Shown piece after piece: positions 50,666-63,840 of a stretch of 64,000 nt of DNA (its first letter is position 1; each line of letters begins with the position of its first letter). Below the pieces are notes generated by a model. It was not told the origin of the DNA, searched no databases, and saw nothing but the letters and a program-made list of their open reading frames with translations. Made by a program: the position numbers and the translations under genes. The DNA lies in assembly GCF_018350175.1 (NCBI RefSeq), contig NC_058368.1, forward strand, positions 94,800,001 to 94,864,000. Reading direction: 5' to 3'. This DNA is from Felis catus. Taxonomy: Eukaryota.

Positions 50666-52001
50666 CTTCTGCTTTCTATATCTGAAGCTAAAAACACTGA
50701 AATTTTAATAAATTACATTGAAATGAGTAACCCTAATGTCTACGCAGAGGGATTTTAGGATGAAAGGCCTTCTGGAATTTTCTATTTTAGGCAAAAAGCA
50801 GTAAAGCATACGCTTCACCTGAGCGCTTAGCCCGGGGAGATGTGTCTCACTGACTTTTGACAGAAGGGGTTTAGGTAGCTGTACTCATGGCCTCACAGAG
50901 GTTTATTCCACTCTATAGAAGCCAGGGGCTCCCATAACCTAGCAGGGAAAACTGAGGTAGGTGCAGCCTAATAGTTCTAAAGATTATTAGCTCTCATCTG
51001 AATGCCAAAAGGATTCTGGGGCTTGTTCTCTGCAAGAAAAAGTAACCAGGGCTGACCAGGTCCTGCTGTTGAGGAGGACCAATACATAAAAGAACCACCA
51101 CCTTGTAACCAAGTGACAGTGTCTGGGGCTTAAAAAGGTACCAAGTTAAGAGAAAGTGTTTATCCTAACACCTTCCCAGCCCCCTCCAGTGAGGGAAGCC
51201 AGGAGGAAGAAATGGGACTTCAGTGTCTACTTTCTATGACCTTCATGAGGTTACCAGGCCCTACCTGTATTGTAGGAATCACACAGAGGGGTGGGAAGGC
51301 CCTTGTGACTATGTTCTCCCAACCTCAGGAAGTCACATTTTGAACAGGAACATATGCAGCCACTTACGTGGCTGTTTTGCTTTAGCTGTGACTCTCACTG
51401 TGCTCTTACCCCCACCCCATCCCCGCCCCCCACACACCCACACATACACTGTAATTCTTTGCATGAGAAAATAGAAAATAGAAATAATAATAAAATTTTT
51501 TTCTGTGTCAGTGCTGGTGAGGTAACTGGAAACTGAGCCACCTCCTTAGAGACCCAGGGAGTGCATCCCAGGACAAAAAGGCCAAAAGTCTGCTCATAAC
51601 TGGATCAAGCATTCCATAAATGTTGTGGCTCTAGGCACTGTTCTAGATAAAATCACTCTCCCTGCCCTCTTGCCTCTCAGGGTCAAATGGCAAGACACTT
51701 TGGGTCCAAAACACAGGCTGCATGATTAGACGTTTTAGGAAGCAAATTAAGATTTCCTTTCTACTTAAGTGTCATTCTTCATCATTCAAAGCTTTAAGTT
51801 ACTGGGGCAAGCTTTCTAAAGCCTGATGAATCTTTCCTGTGCTTCAGACCTGATGACTATGCCCAGGGGAGTGGCAACGCCAGTGGTGGACAAATAGGCA
51901 CAAAGCTTAGACTTTTCCTAGCAATTAGGTAAGCTATTATAAAGCATTTTCTAGAAACTTCTAACAAGAATCAGGGTATGTTTTCAGAAATAGGTAGTTT
52001 T

Positions 52002-52220
52002 GGGGGTGCCTGGGTGGTTTAGTTGGTGAAGCATCTGATTCTTGGTTTCAGCCCAGGTCATGATCTCATGGTTTGTGAGATTGAGCTCTGTACTGGCGGC
52101 ATGGAGCCTCCCTGGGATTCTCTCTCTCCTTCTCTCTCTTCCCTTCCCCTGCTCCCTCTCTCTGTGTCTCTCTCTCACTCTCTCAAATAAATAAATAAAC
52201 TTAAAAAAAATTTTTTTAAA
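52002..52220 (+). mobile_element. CanSINE
   Basis: TSD-like agaaa(t/a)aggtagt. Confidence 0.9.
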
Positions 52221-52969
52221 GAAAAAGGTAGTGTTCTCTGGGAAGAGCATGCTAGAGCAAAATTCAATATAGCCCCCAGGGAAATGTTAAGAACTCTTTT
52301 GACCACACATGACTGTTAACATACGTTACTTACCTCAGTGCCTCCTAAACTTTTTCTCATGTGATCTTATGCACAGAAAATACTTGCTCAGCACATTGGA
52401 GTAGATCATAGAGGAGTTTTGAACCCTTAACTAGACTGCTTGCAGCCTGAAAAATTGGAAAGATGTTTGTGTCAGTGGGAAAGAGCTATATCCGTGAAAA
52501 TATTGGGAGTTTACACCTCAGTGAAATACATAGGGATCTGGTTAGTGGTCAGGTACCTACCAAACAAATTGATGAACCTTAGGTCCTGTTACGTTGAAGA
52601 GAGCACATCATGCTTGGTGGGCTCATTTGGATTCTACAGGCAGAATTTTTCTTGTTGGAGTGGCAGCTTTGCCCATTTAGCAATAACCTGATTAAGATCT
52701 TTCGATGATCTAGTAAGTGAAAATGTTTTGCTAGCCTACTAAGTAATCCAAAATAAAATTCCACTTTATGAAAGACAGAATTAGTTTGCTAAAATTAAAA
52801 GTTTCTAGATTTTCATATTTCAAAAATCGCAATAAGCTCATTAAAGGTGAATCCATCAGTATCCCTCTCTTTGTCTGTCTGTCCCTCTGTCTCCCCTGAG
52901 CACATGTTTTTTTCTGCTGAATGAATAATCTAGCCTTCACTCGCCAGGGGATTTTTATTCACTTAGTGT

Positions 52970-53158
52970 TTTCTTAGTGTTTTGTTTATTTTTGAGAGAG
53001 CGAGCGAGAGAGCGAGCAGGAGAGAACAAGTGCAGGCGGAGCAGGGGCAGAGAGAGAGGGAGACAGAAGATCTGAAGCAGAGCTGGAACTCACGCATTAT
53101 GAGATCATGACCTGAGCCAAAGCCAGATGCTCAACCGACTGAGCCACCCAGGCACACC
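52970..53158 (-). mobile_element. CanSINE with internal deletion
   Basis: Reverse-complement element. Confidence 0.88.
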
Positions 53159-54900
53159 AACCATGTGATGTTTAAAAAGCTGCAAGGTTCGAGTAGGTCC
53201 TAAGGAAAGAAAGGGCACTCCAGTGAGTCTAGAAACCAGTGCTAGTGACCCAGCAGATTCCAAGAGCTTTTGGTATCTGTAGCAACTTGAATGTCATATA
53301 AAGTCGGCAAGGCCAGTAAGACTCTGGAGCAAAAAAGCCTTTGACAGGCAACTGCTCTCCTTTTAGACGTTGCTCTCGGCTCTTTACTTGGCTCTGGTGA
53401 ATGTTGGACATGGGGCGCTAAGCGACCATATGATCCAAACCACCCCAGCATGAATGCTATCTTCTCTCCCTGTCTGTAATGATGAGCCAGCTAAGAAGCA
53501 TTCCATTATGGGGTAGAAGTGATGTTTATGAGACCAACTACCTGAGGGGGAGAATTTTAAATTCAGGTGTAATTACAGATGGTTGTGCCTGAAATGTAGG
53601 CAGCTGGAAACACTGGAAAGGTCAGCGGCAGTATCCTGGTCCTGCTCAAGGTGCCTTGAAAGATGGAAAGGCAGGAATATCTTCCCAGTAGGCAGAACTT
53701 CTTGATCAGTACATATTATTGTCCATTTGTTGGAAAGTAAATGTGGCCTGAGCCCAGGAACGCAGTCAGTGCTGATTCCACAAGAATCTACACAAGGATC
53801 AAAAACAATTGGTGTTCCTACTTTATATGTGTGAAGTATATGAAGGTCCTGGTAGCCACATAGCCACTGTCTAGATAGATAGATAGACAGCCTGAAGGAC
53901 TCCTAGACAGGATTTAGAGGTTTTATCCTTTATAGGTGACAGGTAGCGGGAAAAAATATGTCCTTGGAGAATTGGGGTGACATCACTGAATTTTTCTTCA
54001 AAAATCGCAAATAAATTTTAGGTCCACTCCACAAGCATTTATTAAAGCAAGCATTTACCTGGTTCAGACACTGTGCTTACTACTGGAGATCTGGCAGGAC
54101 CCAAATCATGATGCGTGTCCCAGGATTCAGTGGGATAGCTCCCTCCCACAGTCTGGGAACTGAAATGCAAATATTTCTTTCGAGGAGCCCAGATATCTGC
54201 TTCACATTTATGTACCGCTGGGGTAAGAGATTGGCTTGTTCATAAATACAGAAAGCCAGATGGTGGTGAACACAGTAGGGGGTTGAGAAATGAGGGATGA
54301 ATTAATGACTAAAACTATTCCTAAGCCCTCTTTCCACAAATAGTGGCAGCTAAAGCCATAAAACAGTCCCAATGGGCTCCTGCTAATGATCAGATCCTGT
54401 GATAATCCCAAAAGCCCCACTTGAGGCATGATTCTGAGCCCATTCTGACTTTAAGAGGTGAAACATATAGGATCATACTAATTCATAATCAAGCTGCGTA
54501 CTGTTAGGCCTGTGGTGGGTGGTGGCTTCCTTCTGAATATAGTTCTCTAAGTTTTAGCTACGGGCTCCTTCCAGCTCTCCCCAGCGTGTATGAGGCATTA
54601 ATCAGTCAAAGGCTTGGGCTAAATTAACACACAGAATTACAATGGGATTCTCTCTGGCTTTCTCCTTTCTAACATGCCTTCTTTTTCTTCTTTGATGGCT
54701 ATGCTTGTCCCAGGCTTCTTTCTCTGCCTCTGACAGACAATAAGCTGGTGGATTTTCCTACCAAAGCATTAGTGACCTGGCATTGTTGCCACCACATCTG
54801 TGGCTCCCTTCAGGGTAAAGTGTCAAAAACAAGACATTCATTCTGTGCCTATCACTTTTCTAAATTTCAGCTCCCTTCCATAATTAGCCTGTGTTTTTCT

Positions 54901-55117
54901 TTTATTATTTTTTTAACGTTTTATTTATTTTTGAGAAAGGGAGAGACAGAGCATGAACAGGGGAGGGGCAGAGAGAGAGGGAGACACAGAATCTGAAACA
55001 GGCTCCAGGCTCTGAGCTGTCAGCACAGAGCCCGACACGGGGCTCGAACTCACGGACCTCGAGATCATGACCTGAGCCGAAGTCGGCCACTTAACCAACT
55101 GAGCCACCCAGGCGCCC
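54901..55117 (-). mobile_element. Young felid CanSINE
   Basis: Perfect TSD agcctgtgtttttc. Confidence 0.95.
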
Positions 55118-55311
55118 CAGCCTGTGTTTTTCAATCTCCAGAGTCTTAAGGTAATTTTTTCCCCATTTTGTATTTTTTTTCTAGGGGTTATAGCTGTTAT
55201 TTGAAGGAGCATAGGTTTTTTTTTTTTTTTTAGGAGTACACTCCTTCTAAACCAGAAGCAGAACCTCAATCATATTTTGCAGGTTTAGGATGTCAGGTTG
55301 ACTCTTTTTAT

Positions 55312-55432
55312 CTTTGTTTATTTATTTATTTATTGTTTCAGGTTTTTAAATTCTAGTTAGTTAACATATAGTGTTCTCTTGGTTTTAGTAGAATTTAGTG
55401 ATTCATCACTTACGTATAACACCCAGTGCTCA
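55312..55432 (-). mobile_element. Short carnivore L1 3' end fragment
   Basis: ttctagttagttaacata...gtgattcatcacttacgtataacacccagtgctca. Confidence 0.8.
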
Positions 55433-55446
55433 CTGTTGTATTGATT

Positions 55447-55668
55447 CTTTTTAAATTTTTTTTTTTAATGTTTATTTTATTTTTGAGACAGAGAGAGACA
55501 GAGCATGAACGGGGGAGGGTCAGAGAGAGGGAGACACAGAATCTGAAACAGGCTCCAGGCTCTGAGCTGTCAGCACAGAGCCTGACGCGGGGCTTGAACT
55601 CGCGGACCGTGAGATCATGACCTGAGCCGAAGTCGGCCGCTTAACCGACTGAGCCACCCAGGCGCCCC
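55447..55668 (-). mobile_element. Young felid CanSINE
   Basis: CpG-intact body; TSD tgattctttt. Confidence 0.95.
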
Positions 55669-58600
55669 TGATTCTTTTAAAATATAGATACAAGTTCTCT
55701 GTTGCAATGATTCACTTTTTCCATTCAGAAGTTCTATCCGTTTTTCTGTTTTATTTTTCTGTGAATCTTACTTATTTTCAAGACCTTGTCTGCAAACTTT
55801 TCCTCTCTGGTTCATTTCTCAGTCTGCTTTTACTAAGTGTTTTATCTCTTGATTATTAGTTTCTTTCCTCCTTAACTTTAGTTTTATTTTGTTGTCCACT
55901 GGACATTGTGGATTTTTAAACTTTTTAGAGGCTTCAAATTATGTTTTCTTTCACTAGAGTTGATCCTCCATTGCCTTTATGAGGCTTACAGAGTGGGGAG
56001 TGATGACTTAGTCAGAGACTCAGCTAAGAAAATGCTTAGCTGCAATTTTTGTCAAGTCTCAGTCTACCTCTGGTTCATCCCTGCTCTAGGGTACAGTCGT
56101 CCAAGTCTGTCCTGATGTGGCCACTGGGTACACCCATCTTGGTAACAACTCTGCAACTCTAGCCTTTGTCTTCTCATCACTGTGAGACTACCCCAAAGTC
56201 CATTCTGCTTTTCACAGATTTTCTACTTAGCTTTTTAAAGCTCACAGTCGGTGTAGCTTCAGAATTTGGCAGGTGTTTTCAGGGAAAAAACTGGAAGTGT
56301 AGTGAGGTCATGCAGGTTTCTAGCCCTGTGAGATGGCTAAAAAATTCTGATTTTTCTCATTCTGCTTTTTGGCCAAAATCAACAAATGCCTGAGGAGATA
56401 AAGTGGCTACAGAGGATCAGTTCACTTCTCTTCATTTTGTCTCCAGAATGTTGGTCTCTGCTATCCCCTCAGATATCTCTATACAAATGACTTCTAGAAA
56501 GAAAAATGGTGTGGCTTTTTGTTACGGGGTTTATCTGTTATCAGTGGGAGCCTTAGTATGTCATAAGCCAGAAGCCAGTCTACGGGAAAAAGTGATAGAT
56601 GTATAAATAAAACAAGAGAAACCTAAACAGACCAGTTATGATAATATGCCACGAACAAAGGAATATGATTCACTCTGACCTCTGTACTCACTCTCCACAG
56701 CCAAAACGAGAAACAAAACACAGAGAAAGAGAGAACAGTTTCAAAAACATACCATCCAGTCTCATGCCCTACATTAACACAGGCTATTCCTCTGCTGGAA
56801 ATACCCTAATTCACAACCAAGACACGAGGACAGGTAAAAACAATAAGACTTCACATTTTGGCCATAATGGTAAAGGATGAGTCCATCTGGGAAGATTTGT
56901 CTTTGAAAAGGGGAGCTCCATCTGGGTCCATTTTGCTTCTCTTGACCACCATTTCAGCAAGGAAAGGGGGAGAGGCATATTTCTTCTCAGAGAGGGGGGC
57001 TCCCCAGGGTTCCACAACTGATGATACATCACATGTGCTGAGCCCCTGCTCTGTCCAGCAGTGCACTAGACACTGTAAACCCAGGGGTAAAATGAAGCAC
57101 AAATCTCTGCCCCGGAGGAGCTCCCAGTGTCTCGTCACAGCTTTTTCTGCATGTTTGAGAGCCTCGCTAGCAGTTGCTAAGGGACGAGCTTTAGTAATGT
57201 GCTCAATGAGATGTCTTTTGTTTCTCCTTCCTGCCTGTATCTTCTGCCAACTTTATATCTCTCCAATTAATGCCAAACCAGGCAGAAAGTTGTAAGCCAA
57301 AGAAATGAGAAAGGCTTGTGCTTCTCATAGCTTGAAACTGACCCCATGGTCCACTCTCCTCTGCTAAATACATTAATGCCATTCTCAAAGCTTTGCCACT
57401 GTGTTGAAAATGGAAAAAAAAATCTTTTATAGGGATTATTATATCAACCAGATCCAATCATGCCTGGGTCCTTTTTTGATAAGGCAAATGGGGAGATTAC
57501 TATCTAATGATCTCTAGCCAGTAATAGTTAAACTCTGAATTTGGATTTGAATAAAATGTTAACACTCCTGGCATGCAAAGATTATAGAAATGTAAATTGT
57601 ATCATAAGAAACAGTCCCCATTGCATAGCTTAAAAAATACCAAATTCTACTTGCAATTATTGCCAGAGACTTAAAAATTAAGTTTGCTTCCCTGGAGAAG
57701 TTTAACTTTCAGAATGGTTACTTCCATTATCTGCCCATCCAAAATTATTCAGTTGATTTAATCCCCTCAAAATTAGGGGATTTTCACCATGGGATTTAGC
57801 CAGGGGATTTTTTCCAGCTCTGCTGATACCAACATTTAAAGTGATTATGTATAATCTATTTCCTTTACACTATTTCATCTCAGAAAATACGATTTCCCCA
57901 ATTTTTCTCTCTTCAGCAGAAAAGAAATCAGGACTGGGTATGCTATCAGAATTCAGCCCTATGCCATTTATTGGACAGAATGGCTTTAAGAATTGCTGCT
58001 GAGATCTCTCTGGCAGTGGATTGTCTTTCCAAAATCCTGATATGTTCCAGCCAGAGCAGTTCACAGGTCAGAAAAGAGCAGGGTGTTGGGTTGTTGACAT
58101 AAGAAGGGTTGGATAACCCAGGAAACATTTGGAGATACTGTCAAACATCTTTGTAATAATATATCCCCTGTGAGCGTTTCTGTTTGGAGTGATAGGAGGC
58201 AAGGAGAAGGAATGGGCATTGTTGTTTCATTCAGTGTCAAGGGGTGGTGGGAACTGACACAACTACATTATAGAGGTTAAAGTCAAAGCTGTAGTCATCA
58301 AAGCATAGAGCGTGCAATAGATTTTACATAACTTTAAAAGCGGGATCGTTTATGGTAGTCAAGTACTAATACCCTTCACCAGGTATTCCCTGCTTTATGT
58401 AGAGCAAGGGCCAGAGAGCTGCTGTTGGCTATCAGGCAATTTAGATATGGTTGAAAACAGGTTGTTTTTTAATAATAAAGTCTAAATCTTTAAGACATAA
58501 ATATTTTGGACAACATTTATCAGAAACAACTTTTGGTCCCTTTAGTCTTTGAAAAAATGTGAAGTTGAGAGCAAGAACACGGTACAAGATTCCTGCATCT

Positions 58601-58719
58601 CCCTCCATCCCCAAGAAACATAGACACAGCTGTTTCTACTTCTGTCCATGAAGGATTAATTGCTATAGAAGCATGCATAGGCATCTTTTGAGTCTTTGGT
58701 TGGTTACCAGTCTGAGCAT

Positions 58720-59975
58720 ACTCTGTTTGTTCAAGGAATTAAAGGGAAACATGAACATAATGAGTACCAAAGTGGAAAACATCCCACAAAGTTGGACAAG
58801 AGCAACTTCCAATGTAGTATAATTACAGGAAAACTATAAAATAAACAATTACCAGGGTTCACACAGGACTGGGAATTGTTTGCCTAATGTCCAGCCAGAG
58901 CAAAGAGGCACTGTTGAGTTGAAGAACATTCAGTAGAGACATCAGAAGGGCAAGTCTTAGAAGTGGGGAATAAGGGCTCCTCTAGGCCCTTTTATAAAGA
59001 GTTTTTAAAAAATACTTCAAGGGGGTCAAATTTAATATGAAAGTAACTGCCTGCCGGAAAATGTTGAACTCTATTTAAAGGAATGCAACAAAACTCAGCA
59101 TTCACTGGTGTTAAACTGACAATGTCTGGGCAACCACTAAAAATTACTATACATGTAGGGGCGCCTGGGTGACTCAGTTGGTTCAGCGTCTGACTCTTGA
59201 TTTCAGCTTGGTTCATGATCCCATGGTTTATGAGACTGAGCCCCATGTTGGGCTCTACACTGACAGCACCAAGCCTGTTTGGGATTCTCTTGCTCTCTCT
59301 CTGCCCCTCCTCCACTCATGTATGCACACCTGTCTCTCAAATAAATAAACTCAAAAAAAATTACATATAAAGAAACAAGGCAATCCACATTGGGAGAAAA
59401 ATCATCAATAAAGATGAACTCAAAATAATAGAGATAATTGAATTAGTGGGATGTTAAATGGCTATGATAAATACGTTCTGTTTATTCAAGTAATTAAAGA
59501 AAAACATGGACATAATAAGAAGGGAAGTGGAAGAAATAAAGAATTAAATGCAACTTCAGACAATGAAAAATACAATATCTGAAATGAAAAACATGCTGAG
59601 TAGGTTTTAGAGCAGATTAGACACTGCAAAAGGGAAGATCAGCATACTTGGAGTTTTAGAATGTAAATCCAAAGACAGAAAAATGTATCCAAAGTGAAAC
59701 AGAGAAAAAATTTTGAAAAAAAAGTGAACAGAGTGTCCACAAGCTGCGCGGCAATATTAAACAGTCAAACGTATGTGTAATTGCAGTCCCAGAAGGAGAG
59801 GAAGTGGCAGGAAGCAGAAAAAAAATTTGAAGAAGTGACCAATGTTTTTTCAAATTCGGCAAAACGTGAAACCCATAGATCCAAGAAACTCAATGAGCCT
59901 GAAACAGAAAAAACATAACAAAAACATACCAAAGCACATCATAATCAAATTGCTGAAAGCCAGTAATAAAGGGTG
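58720..59975 (+). mobile_element. Ancient L1M 5'/ORF1 region
   Basis: ORF1-like remnants (gtcccagaaggagaggaag; IPKHIIIKLLK). Confidence 0.7.
59158..59361 (+). mobile_element. CanSINE
   Basis: Head, body, tail. Confidence 0.9.
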
Positions 59976-60886
59976 TGTCTTAAAAGACACCCAGCCTTCT
60001 GGTTTGGTATGTAAGGCTTTTGGAAGCTGTCACTGAGTCCTAATAAGTAAAAAGCTGAACTAACTGAAAAATCAACAACTCTTCTTAGATCTGTCAGAGA
60101 AGTGAGGTCACAGGGCAAACACCTGCCCCCCACATCAGAGAGAAAGACAGGTTCAGAGAATCACAGTGTACTGGAGCAGAAACCCATGCGCACAAAGCTC
60201 TGTGGGAACCATTACCAGGTAGAATACCTGAACTGTAAATGATGAATTGCCGAAGGCTCAGTGTGGATGAGTTGGAGAGTTCAAAACTCCAGAGGGACTA
60301 GTCAGAGAGGAGCCTTCGCACTTCAGCTGTTTCACCACCAGGAGCCCTACCAGGTTCTCATGGTGAATATTGGAGGAAAAAATCCCTCAAGCTTACGTGG
60401 AATGAGGAGGGGAGGGACACATTTTTGAAATGTGCCGGGACATTCTGTTCTTAACCAGGCCTACACTTGAGAAAAAACTATTTTATCAGAGCTTCATCTA
60501 ATGGGGTTTTCCTAGAGCCTAAACAAGTTGGGGGAAGGGAAGTACCCAACTCCAGTCCCCTCTAGCCATCCTGTCCCACCCAAGAGGGAAAAACATTGAG
60601 AAACTCTTGTGAAGTTCACTGTCAGAGGCACAGGCTCACTAAAAGACTGAGACCTGATTGTAGAACAGAATGCTTCCCCTTTCCTCATTCCCTACCACCA
60701 CATAACTAAAGACCTATTTACCACAGTTTCTTTTACCCAATATAGCACATGAGACTTTCACCGAAAAGTTACAAGGCTTATAAAGGCAAAACATAGTTTG
60801 AAGAGACAAAGCAAGAGGTGGAATCAGACTGAGACATGGCTGAGATGTTGGAATTATCGGGTTGGAAATTTAAAGCAACTGTGATT

Positions 60887-61060
60887 GGGGCACCAGGGTG
60901 GCTCAGTTGGTTAAGTGTACAACTCTTGATCTCAGCTTAGGTCACGCTCTCACAATCATGGGATCGAGCCCCACATCAGGCTCTGCACTGGGTGTGGAAC
61001 TCTGCTTGAGGTTCTCTCTCTCCCTCATCCTCTGCCTCTTCCCCTCACCCCCTCCAAAAA
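60887..61060 (+). mobile_element. CanSINE (older)
   Basis: Head and body; TSD-like aact(g/a)tgat. Confidence 0.85.
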
Positions 61061-61196
61061 ATAACTATGATGAATACATTAAGGGCTCTAACAGAAAAAA
61101 TAGACAACATGCAAGAATAGATGGGTAATATAAGCAGCGAGGTAGAAATTCTAAGAAGCAAAAAGAAATGCTGGAATTAAAACTCACAGTAATGGA

Positions 61197-61410
61197 GAGG
61201 CACCTGAGTGGCTCACTCAGTTGAGCCTCTGACTGCAGCTCAGGTCATGATCTCACAGTCCGTGAATTTGAGCCCCGCGTCAGGCTCTGCGCTGATGGCT
61301 CGGAGCCTGGAGCCTGCTTCGGATTCTGTGTCTCCCTCTCTCTTTGCCCATCCCCCACTTGTGCTCTCTCTCTATCAAAAATAAATAAATGTAATTTTAA
61401 AAAAACTTTT
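61197..61410 (+). mobile_element. CanSINE
   Basis: TSD-like tcacag(t/c)aatg. Confidence 0.9.
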
Positions 61411-61567
61411 TAATTCACAGCAATGAAAATGAAGAATGCCTAGTAGTAGGCATTAATAGACTGGATACAGCTGAACAGATAATCTCTGAGCTTGAAGATG
61501 AGAGAATAAAAATGTTAAGAATGAAAAACCAGGATAAAAAAAAAAAGCCTGTAAAAAATGGAACAGA

Positions 61568-61785
61568 AGGACGCCTGGGTGGCTCAGTTGGTTAGTCCAA
61601 CTTCGGCTTGGGTCATGATCATGCAGTTCATGGGTTTGAGCCCTACATTGGGCTCTGTGCTGACAGCTCAGAGCCTGGAGCTGGCTTGGGATTCTGTGTC
61701 TCCTCCACTCTGCCCCTCCCCCACTCACATTCTGTCTCTCTCTCTCTCAAAAATAAATAAACATTAAAAAAAACTTTTTTTTTAA
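61568..61785 (+). mobile_element. CanSINE
   Basis: TSD aaatggaac(a/g)gaa. Confidence 0.9.
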
Positions 61786-62391
61786 ATGGAACGGAATATC
61801 CAACAATATCCAACAGCATTGTTGGATATTGCTGCATTACTGCATTACAGCAATAATGATTGAGAATTTTCTCCAGATCAGTGTCAGACACCAAGCCACA
61901 GATCCAAAACTCAGAAACACAGAGCAAGATAAATGCAAAAATTAAAAAAAAAAAACATAAAAAGGAAAAACTATAGCTACACATATCATATTAAACCTAC
62001 AGAATTTTCAAAAAGTAAGAAAAATTCTTGAAGGCGGGGAAAGCTTACCTAAAAAGGAACAAAGATAACAGTTGCACCCACCTTACCCTTAGAAGCCACA
62101 CAAGCAAGAGAGTGGAGAGAAATATTTGAAGTGTTGAGAGAGAAAGACAAAAATAAAATCACCACACCAATTTAGAATTCTGTGTGCCGTGAAAGTATCT
62201 TCAAAAGAGAAAAGGAAAGACTTTCTCAGACAACCAAAAATTAAGGGAATTTGTTGGCAGTGCATCTCCCTTGCAAGAAACGTTAAAATAAGTTCTTCAG
62301 AGAGAAGGAAAATGGTTTGGTCAGAAACTTGAATCTACACAAAGAAAGAACATTAAAAAGGAATAAATGAAGGTTAGGAAGCATAAAAATA

Positions 62392-62600
62392 GGGGCACCT
62401 GGGTGGCTCAGTTAAGTGTCCGACTTTGGCTCAGGTCATGATCTCACGGTACGTAAGTTTGAGCCCTGCATTGAGCTTTGTGCTGACAGCTCAGAGCCTG
62501 GAGCCTGCTTCGGATTCTGTTGTCTCTCTCTCTGCCCCTCCTCCACTCGTGCGCTGTCTCTGTCTCTCAAAAATAAATAAATGTTAAAAAAACTTTTTAA
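62392..62600 (+). mobile_element. CanSINE
   Basis: TSD aagcataaaaata. Confidence 0.92.
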
Positions 62601-62693
62601 GCATAAAAATAATACATCTAGAGAAGTAAAGCTAAATGTGACAGCAACCTTCTCAAGAACATGTAAAAATGACATCTTTAAAGTGCAAGAAGA

Positions 62694-62730
62694 GGGGCAC
62701 CTGGCTGGCTCAGTTGATAGAGCATGTGAC
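62694..62730 (+). mobile_element. CanSINE 5' head, cut off by an L1 insertion
   Basis: ggggcacctggctggctcagttgatagagcatgtgac immediately followed by L1 poly-T. Confidence 0.7.
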
Positions 62731-62732
62731 AA

Positions 62733-63840
62733 TTTTTTTTTTCAAATTTTTATTTCAGCTCTAGTTAGTTAACATACAGTGTAATATTGATTTTAGGAGT
62801 AGAATTGAGTGATTCATCACTTACATATAGCACCCAGTGCTCGTCCCAAGTGCCTTTCTTAGTACCCATCAGCCATGTAGCCCATACCCCACCTCCTCCC
62901 TCCATCAACCCTCAGTTTGTTCTCAACATTTAACCATCTCTTATAGTTTGCCTCCCAATTTTTTTCCCTTTGCCTATGTTCATCAGTCTGTTTTGTTTCT
63001 TAAATTCCACATATGAGTGAAATAATATGATATTTGCCTTTCTCTGACCGATTTTGCTTAGCATAATACACTGTAGCCCCATCTACATCATTGTGAATGG
63101 CAAGATTTCATTCTTTTTGATAGCTGCGTAACATTCAATTGTATATATTTTATAATTATTATATTATTTATATTATTTTATATGTCATATTACTTATAAA
63201 TATATTTATATTTATTACATGTAATAATATCATTAATATATTATTTCTAATTATACACACACACACACACACACACACATACCACATCTAATTTACCCAT
63301 TCATCAGTTGATGGATGTTTGGGCTCTCTCCACAGTTTGGCCATTATTGGTAATTCTGCTATAAACATTGGGGTACATGTGGCTATTCGAACTTGTGTTT
63401 TTGTATCCTTTGGGCAAATACTTAGTAGTGCAATTTTTGGGTCTTAGGGTAGTTCTATTTTTTTTAAATGTTTATTTTTGAGGGAGACAGAGCATAAACA
63501 GGGGAAGGGCAGAGAGACAGAGAGACACAGAATCTGAAGCAGGCTCCAGGCTCCAAGCTGTCATCCCAGAGCCCGACGCGGGGCTCAAACCCACAAACTG
63601 CGAGATCATGACCTGAGCTGAGGTCAGACAGTTAACCGACTGAGCCACTGAGGTGCCCCTTGGGGTAGTTCTATTTTTAACTTTTTGAGGAACCTCCATA
63701 CTGTTTTCCAGAGTGGCTACACCAGTTTGCATTCCTACCAAGAGTGTAAAATGGTTCCCCTTTTTCCACATCCTCACCAACTTCTTGTTTCCTGTGTTAA
63801 TTTTAGCCATTCTGACAGGTTGACAGTCCCATTGTGGGTT
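62733..63840 (-). mobile_element. Carnivore L1 3' end (probably continues beyond the window), with AT-rich/(CA)n expansion at about 63140-63280
   Basis: Reverse-complement 3'UTR and ORF2 tail. Confidence 0.9.
63458..63659 (-). mobile_element. CanSINE in L1
   Basis: TSD gggtagttctattttt. Confidence 0.93.

Larger units (their letters stand above)
59985..62390 (+). mobile_element. Second ancient L1M (L1MC-like) 5'UTR plus ORF1 remnant
   Basis: aagtaaaaagctgaactaactgaaaaatcaacaactcttcttagatc 5'-end motif; ORF1 C-terminal remnants (gactttctcagacaaccaaaaattaagggaatttg). Confidence 0.7.

Noticed and set aside
56858..57295. 145-aa ORF in unique sequence
   Set aside because: No recognisable homology or exon context.
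57776..57815. Apparent NF-kB site cluster (tempting given the COMMD/NF-kB link)
   Set aside because: None of the words fits GGGRNWYYCC properly, and it lies far downstream of the gene.
2152..62730. tRNA-like A/B-box sequences (tggctcagtcggtt ... gttcgagccc)
   Set aside because: These are tRNA-derived SINE heads, not tRNA genes.
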